The notes below the pieces were generated by a model. It searched no databases. It was given only the letters and a program-made list of their open reading frames with translations, and was not told where the DNA came from. A program made the translations under genes and the position numbers. 54,952 bases of DNA. Origin: Dehalococcoidia bacterium (GTDB lineage: Bacteria > Chloroflexota > Dehalococcoidia > Dehalococcoidales > RBG-16-60-22). Positions within the stretch are counted from its first letter, which is position 1; each line of letters opens with the position of its first letter. Location: contig JBGPRB010000001.1 of the NCBI GenBank assembly GCA_041489355.1, forward strand, positions 1 through 54,952. The letters are read 5' to 3'. This document shows, one piece after another, positions 51,745 to 54,952 of this stretch.

Positions 51745-51763
51745 CTAAAACAATTTTAAAAGG

Positions 51764-51801
51764 AAACGAATCGAGGCTGGGCACGAGTGGATTCGTTTTT
51801 T
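51764..51801 (+). terminator. Candidate intrinsic terminator after carA
   Basis: Stem aaacgaatc (51764-51772) / gattcgttt (51790-51798) running into a T-tract (to 51801). The loop is 17 nt. Confidence 0.5.
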
Positions 51802-51890
51802 GAGTTATGGTAAGTGATTAGGGTTATGGTAAGTGGATTTGAACTGCCACAGGGGGTTAGTGGAGATGATAAAGGAAAGATGACACACCC

Positions 51891-51984
51891 TGTCATTCTG
51901 AGTGAGCGTGGCGACCGAAGAATCTCGGGGAGGCGTGGCAAGAAAAGCCCTGCCCCGAGACCCTTCGCTACGCTCAGGATGACA
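51891..51984. repeat. Family A palindromic element, copy A2
   Basis: Left arm tgtcattctgagtgagcgtggcgaccgaagaatctcgggg (51891-51930). Right arm ccccgagacccttcgctacgctcaggatgaca (51953-51984). The arms are imperfect reverse complements and share the tgtcatt...gcg/cga...aatc core with A1. Confidence 0.9.
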
Positions 51985-52042
51985 ACAAGAAAAGGGGCTC
52001 AGGGTGACAGGGGAGACTTGGATAGTGTGAGGGGATTAATTC

Positions 52043-52384
52043 ATGGATGAGTACTTTGTCTACATGCTGAGCAATAAATCGCGGATGCTTTATGTGGGCA
52101 TTACCAACGACCTTGAACGTCGAATATACGAACATAAAATGAAACTTGTCCCAGGTTTCACATCACGTTATGGTTTGACCAGTCTTGTCTACTATGAATC
52201 CACAGGCGATGTGCGGGCAGCGATAGAACGGGAAAAAGAAATTAAGGGCTGGGTTAGAAGGAAGAAAACGGCTCTTATACATTCATTTAACCCAGAATGG
52301 AAAGACCTGAGTCTGGAATGGTCTGGCGCACCTGTCATTCTGAAGGAGCCCTTCGGTTACCCTCAGGGTAAACTCCGCGACTGA
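52043..52384 (+). CDS. Small GIY-YIG nuclease-domain protein
   Basis: 113 aa. FVYMLSNKSRMLYVGITNDLERRIYEH...EREKEIKGW is the GIY-YIG/URI core. The last ~17 codons (PVILKEPFGYPQGKLRD) are encoded by repeat A3. Confidence 0.8.
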   Translation: MDEYFVYMLSNKSRMLYVGITNDLERRIYEHKMKLVPGFTSRYGLTSLVYYESTGDVRAAIEREKEIKGWVRRKKTALIHSFNPEWKDLSLEWSGAPVILKEPFGYPQGKLRD

Positions 52385-52455
52385 AGAATCTCGGGGAGGG
52401 GTAGTAAGAAAGGCCCTGCCCCACTCCGATATCCTTCGCTACGCTCAGGATGACA
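52333..52455. repeat. Family A palindromic element, copy A3 (expanded left arm)
   Basis: Begins tgtcattctgaagg...ctgaagaatctcgggg and ends ccccactccgatatccttcgctacgctcaggatgaca. The right arm ending ccttcgctacgctcaggatgaca is shared with A2, whose arm reads cccttcgctacgctcaggatgaca. Confidence 0.9.
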
Positions 52456-52462
52456 AAAAACA

Positions 52463-52579
52463 GGGAGTGCCCGAGAGGGGCGTTAGCCCCTCTCCCATAT
52501 CCCTCCCTCCCGACTATGTCGGGAAGAGGGGGTTCACCCTGAAGGTTCTCCCTGAAGGGACAAAGGGGGTGAGGTAGAG
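52463..52579 (+). repeat. Family B structured repeat, copy B1 (117 bp), directly upstream of an ATG
   Basis: The first 45 nt (gggagtgcccgagaggggcgttagcccctctcccatatccctccc) are identical to B2. Hairpin 1: gagaggggc/gcccctctc (52473-52494). Hairpin 2 has a different inner stem tcccgac/gtcggga (52508-52524). It ends ggggtgaggtagag followed by ATG. Confidence 0.9.
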
Positions 52580-53233
52580 ATGAATAAGGGAGGAAATGTA
52601 ATGCCGAATAAAATGACCGAAAAGCCGGTAAAGACATTTTTAGATGAATTAGCCAGTTCCGCACCTGCTCCGGGTGGCGGCAGCGTGGCCGCCCTTTCCG
52701 GGGCTCTCGGCGCAGCTTTAATAAGCATGATCAGCAATTTAACACTCGGCAAGGAGAAATATGCCGCTGTACAGGATGAAATCACCGCATTACTTAAGAA
52801 GTCCGAACGACTGCGGAAAGAACTTACCGACCTGCTTGAAGAAGATGTCAAGGTTTACACACAACTATCGCAGACAATGAAGATGCCCCGCGACACAGAA
52901 GAGCAAAAGAAGACTCGCGCTAAGGCAATGGACAAGGCACTTAAAGCGGCCACCGATGTGCCGATGCGCGTGGCCGAAGCGTGCGTATCGGTCATGGAGC
53001 TGTGTCTTCCTGCCGCAGAGAAAGGCAATATCAACGCAGTAAGTGACGTCGGCGTGGGTATATTGATGGCCGAGGCGGGACTGCGAAGCGCGGCTCTCAA
53101 TGTCCTCATTAATCTCGGCTGGATAAAAGACGAAGCTTTCGTTAAGGAAAGCCAGAAGAAACTCGATAGCTTACTTAAAGGCAAGCCTTCTTTACGCGAT
53201 GATATTTACGAACTCGTGGCGAGTAAGCTATAG
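52580..53233 (+). CDS. Cyclodeaminase/cyclohydrolase-family protein (FTCD C-terminal domain-like)
   Basis: 217 aa. FLDELASSAPAPGGGSVAALSGALGAALISMISNLTLGK is the hallmark of formiminotetrahydrofolate cyclodeaminase-like proteins. An alternative start is ATG 52601. Confidence 0.75.
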   Translation: MNKGGNVMPNKMTEKPVKTFLDELASSAPAPGGGSVAALSGALGAALISMISNLTLGKEKYAAVQDEITALLKKSERLRKELTDLLEEDVKVYTQLSQTMKMPRDTEEQKKTRAKAMDKALKAATDVPMRVAEACVSVMELCLPAAEKGNINAVSDVGVGILMAEAGLRSAALNVLINLGWIKDEAFVKESQKKLDSLLKGKPSLRDDIYELVASKL

Positions 53234-53255
53234 GATATACAGATTAAAAAACATA

Positions 53256-53345
53256 GGGAGTGCCCGAGAGGGGCGTTAGCCCCTCTCCCATATCCCTCCC
53301 CCTCTCCTGGCAGGAGAGGGGGAACGAGGGGTTGAGGTAGAAAAG
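53256..53345 (+). repeat. Family B structured repeat, copy B2 (90 bp), directly upstream of an ATG
   Basis: Hairpin 1: 53266-53287 (9-bp stem, loop gtta). Hairpin 2: ccccctctcc/ggagaggggg at 53298-53322 (loop tggca). Tail aacgaggggttgaggtagaaaag followed by ATG. Confidence 0.9.
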
Positions 53346-53948
53346 ATGAGTGATAAAGAGAAATACATAAGCGAAAATGCAAAACAAGGCGCAATTCAAT
53401 GTTGGCTAGAAGAACATAGGACATTAAGATCTGTAATTGATTCACACCTTATAACCATGCGGTATTTGGTGATATTTAATATTACTTCTCTAGGAACTAT
53501 TGGTGGATTTATTTTAACGGATATGGAAAGAAACATGTGGTTAGCGTTAATCATTCCAATAATGTCGCCTTTTATTGGATTCCTTGTCTACTTTTATAGT
53601 AAACAAATATCTCAACTTGGGCATTACATAAGAGAAATAATTGCACCAAGACTTCAGGAATTGGTGGAAGACGAGAAAGTGATAGGATGGGAAAGTCACA
53701 CCCGTGAAAAAGAAAAGGAAAGAAACAAGTTCCTACAGTGGTTTTCTATATCTGGCATGAGTATACTTACATTTACCTTAACAAGTGTGTTTGTTTTAAT
53801 ATTTACGGCCAAGCGCACTTTTATCGAAGGTACCGGCTGGCAAATTTCTCTCTGGAGCATTGGATTGGTGTTTACGATAATATTGATCTGGGCATATATA
53901 AATGAGCGTAAGTATTGGTTTAGTAATACGAAGGAGCATAAATCTTGA
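53346..53948 (+). CDS. Hypothetical 4-TM membrane protein (AT-rich gene)
   Basis: 200 aa. Four hydrophobic segments (LVIFNITSLGTIGGFIL, LALIIPIMSPFIGFLVYFY, ISGMSILTFTLTSVFVLIF, LWSIGLVFTIILIWAYI). No recognisable motif. Clearly lower GC than the pyr genes. Confidence 0.5.
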   Translation: MSDKEKYISENAKQGAIQCWLEEHRTLRSVIDSHLITMRYLVIFNITSLGTIGGFILTDMERNMWLALIIPIMSPFIGFLVYFYSKQISQLGHYIREIIAPRLQELVEDEKVIGWESHTREKEKERNKFLQWFSISGMSILTFTLTSVFVLIFTAKRTFIEGTGWQISLWSIGLVFTIILIWAYINERKYWFSNTKEHKS

Positions 53949-53974
53949 CCTATAAACCATCTAAAGTCTTGAAA

Positions 53975-54064
53975 GGGAGTGCCCGAGAGGGGCGGTAGCC
54001 CCTCTCCCATATCCCTCCCCCTCTCCGCAGCGGAGAGGGGGAACGAGGGGGTGAGGTAAAGAAG
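53975..54064 (+). repeat. Family B structured repeat, copy B3 (90 bp), directly upstream of an ATG
   Basis: By hand alignment, 81 of 90 positions are identical to B2, and 5 of the 9 differences fall in the loop of hairpin 2 (gcagc vs tggca). Hairpin 1: 53985-54006. Hairpin 2: 54017-54041. Confidence 0.9.
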
Positions 54065-54952
54065 ATGGATGATAACAAAATGAATAAAGAGACAGAAAAT
54101 CAATTACATGTTCAATTAAATGGGGCTCCTGACGTGGTTATCGGTTGTATCACGAATCTTACGAGAAATTATATTTCCGGGAATTATTACAAAATCCTTA
54201 AGGCTAGCGGTAAACCAGATTTTGAAAATGACAGTAACTATCCAGCTTCTTATTCTGTCAAATTAGTACGCGATAATGTTGATATTAATATAGGTAAAAT
54301 CATCCTCCTTAAGTTGCCACGTGAGCGAACATTGTTCCAGTTTGAAAAGCCCAATACACCAGATTCACCTTTGGGACACTTCCTTGATAGTGTTTTAACA
54401 GAGTTCAAGCACTTAGGATTTATTGACGAAGAAAAGGGAAACACCTTGGAGAAACGAGAGCAAAAAGTATTAATAAAAAAATCCACTGAACTCTTTGATT
54501 CAATGCAATTTCATCCTAAAGTAGTTAAGTCTAGCAAAGCTCTGTTTTCTAATGGTCATTACGCTCAAGCTATATTTGAAGCATTTAAAGCAGTTGAAAA
54601 TTTCGTCCAGGAGAAATCTGGCAGCAAACTATATGGAAAGCAACTCATGGCAATAGTGTTTAACGAAGAAAAGCCAATTATTCAAGTGCCAGAAGGTGGC
54701 TATTTTGATAAGGATGTGCAAGAGGGATTTAAATTCCTTTTCATGGGTGCCTCTCAAGGGATAAGAAATCCAAAAGCACACAAAGACATTGTCCAAAATG
54801 ACCCGTATATAACTCTAGAATACCTTGGATTTGCTAGTTTCTTACTTAAGAGAATCGATTATTGGGAAGCAGGTAAAGCAGTTGAAAATTTCGTCCAGGA
54901 GAAATCTGGCAGCAAACTATATGGAAAGCAACTCATGGCAATAGTGTTTAAC
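54065..54952 (+). CDS. Partial (3-prime open) protein with unknown N-terminal domain and a TIGR02391/Ymh-type C-terminal domain
   Basis: Not in the ORF track because no stop is reached. ATG 54065 opens a 296-codon frame to the window end. The C-terminal part (FHPKVVKSSKALFSNGHYAQAIFEAFKAVENFVQEKSG...GKQLMAIVFN...GFKFLFMGASQGIRNPKAHK...YITLEYLGFASFLLKRID) matches my recollection of the Hypoth_Ymh family. AT-rich. Confidence 0.6.
   Translation, partial: MDDNKMNKETENQLHVQLNGAPDVVIGCITNLTRNYISGNYYKILKASGKPDFENDSNYPASYSVKLVRDNVDINIGKIILLKLPRERTLFQFEKPNTPDSPLGHFLDSVLTEFKHLGFIDEEKGNTLEKREQKVLIKKSTELFDSMQFHPKVVKSSKALFSNGHYAQAIFEAFKAVENFVQEKSGSKLYGKQLMAIVFNEEKPIIQVPEGGYFDKDVQEGFKFLFMGASQGIRNPKAHKDIVQNDPYITLEYLGFASFLLKRIDYWEAGKAVENFVQEKSGSKLYGKQLMAIVFN
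54586..54664 (+). repeat. 79-bp exact direct repeat, copy 1
   Basis: taaagcagttgaaaatttcgtccaggagaaatctggcagcaaactatatggaaagcaactcatggcaatagtgtttaac. An identical copy lies 288 bp downstream. Confidence 0.95.
54874..54952 (+). repeat. 79-bp exact direct repeat, copy 2 (runs to the window end)
   Basis: Identical to 54586-54664. The offset of 288 bp (96 codons) keeps the reading frame. Confidence 0.95.

Noticed and set aside
52335-52664. ORFs translated through the repeats (52335-52664 -, 53206-53445 -, 53696-54103 -, 41172-41504 +, 51814-52050 +)
   Set aside because: Their only similarity to each other is the repeat-encoded peptide (for example GRGANAPLGHSL, LPRFARNDK, PVILSE). They lack SDs, overlap better-supported genes and are artefacts of translating palindromic repeats.
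52463-54064. Family B repeats as a CRISPR array
   Set aside because: The repeats are 90-117 bp and imperfect, and they are separated by 600-700-bp protein-coding genes. There are no short uniform spacers and no cas genes in the window.
52463-54064. Family B repeats as classical integron attC sites
   Set aside because: I could not find the RYYYAAC/GTTRRRY core sites at the repeat ends. The repeats end at the downstream ATG rather than following the upstream stop, and no intI is in the window. Cassette-like behaviour is kept only as a hypothesis.

Overview
54.95-kb window, almost fully coding. Gene content and repeat types suggest an uncultivated Chloroflexota/Dehalococcoidia-like bacterium, but this is inference only. 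Layout: (1) 1-30.8 kb, + strand: about 30 tightly packed, co-directional surface-glycan genes with many ATGA/TAATG start-stop overlaps. They encode a complete legionaminic-type nonulosonic-acid (NulO) route: PglF-like dehydratase, two DegT aminotransferases, LbH acetyltransferase, NeuC-, NeuB- and NeuA-like enzymes. They also encode a HisF/HisH-like pair plus a PP-loop sugar amidotransferase (acetamidino formation), three methyltransferases, a sulfotransferase, a ThDP-dependent E1 alpha/beta pair, glycosyltransferases, a Wzx flippase and a DUF1616 membrane protein. (2) 30.8-35.4 kb, - strand: moxR-DUF58-transglutaminase operon. (3) 35.6-38.0 kb: an AprA/AprB-like flavoprotein-ferredoxin pair. 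(4) gyrB carrying a strikingly AT-rich ~0.5-kb in-frame insertion. (5) - strand housekeeping genes: folE, thrC, hom, a parvulin PPIase, nadB, tRNA-Trp and tRNA-Leu. (6) A PyrR-attenuated pyr operon (pyrR, pyrB fused to a PyrI zinc domain, pyrC, carA) that ends at a terminator with no carB. (7) 51.8-54.95 kb: a repeat-rich accessory tail. It holds a GIY-YIG nuclease bracketed by long palindromic elements (a third copy lies between thrC and folE). It also holds three unrelated genes each preceded by the same structured 90-117-bp repeat that supplies the SD and ATG; two of these genes are AT-rich, and the last carries a TIGR02391/Ymh-type domain. The window ends inside a 79-bp exact direct repeat. 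The repeat-bracketed accessory tail is the most likely undescribed feature. All homology calls come from motif recognition by eye; no database search was run.
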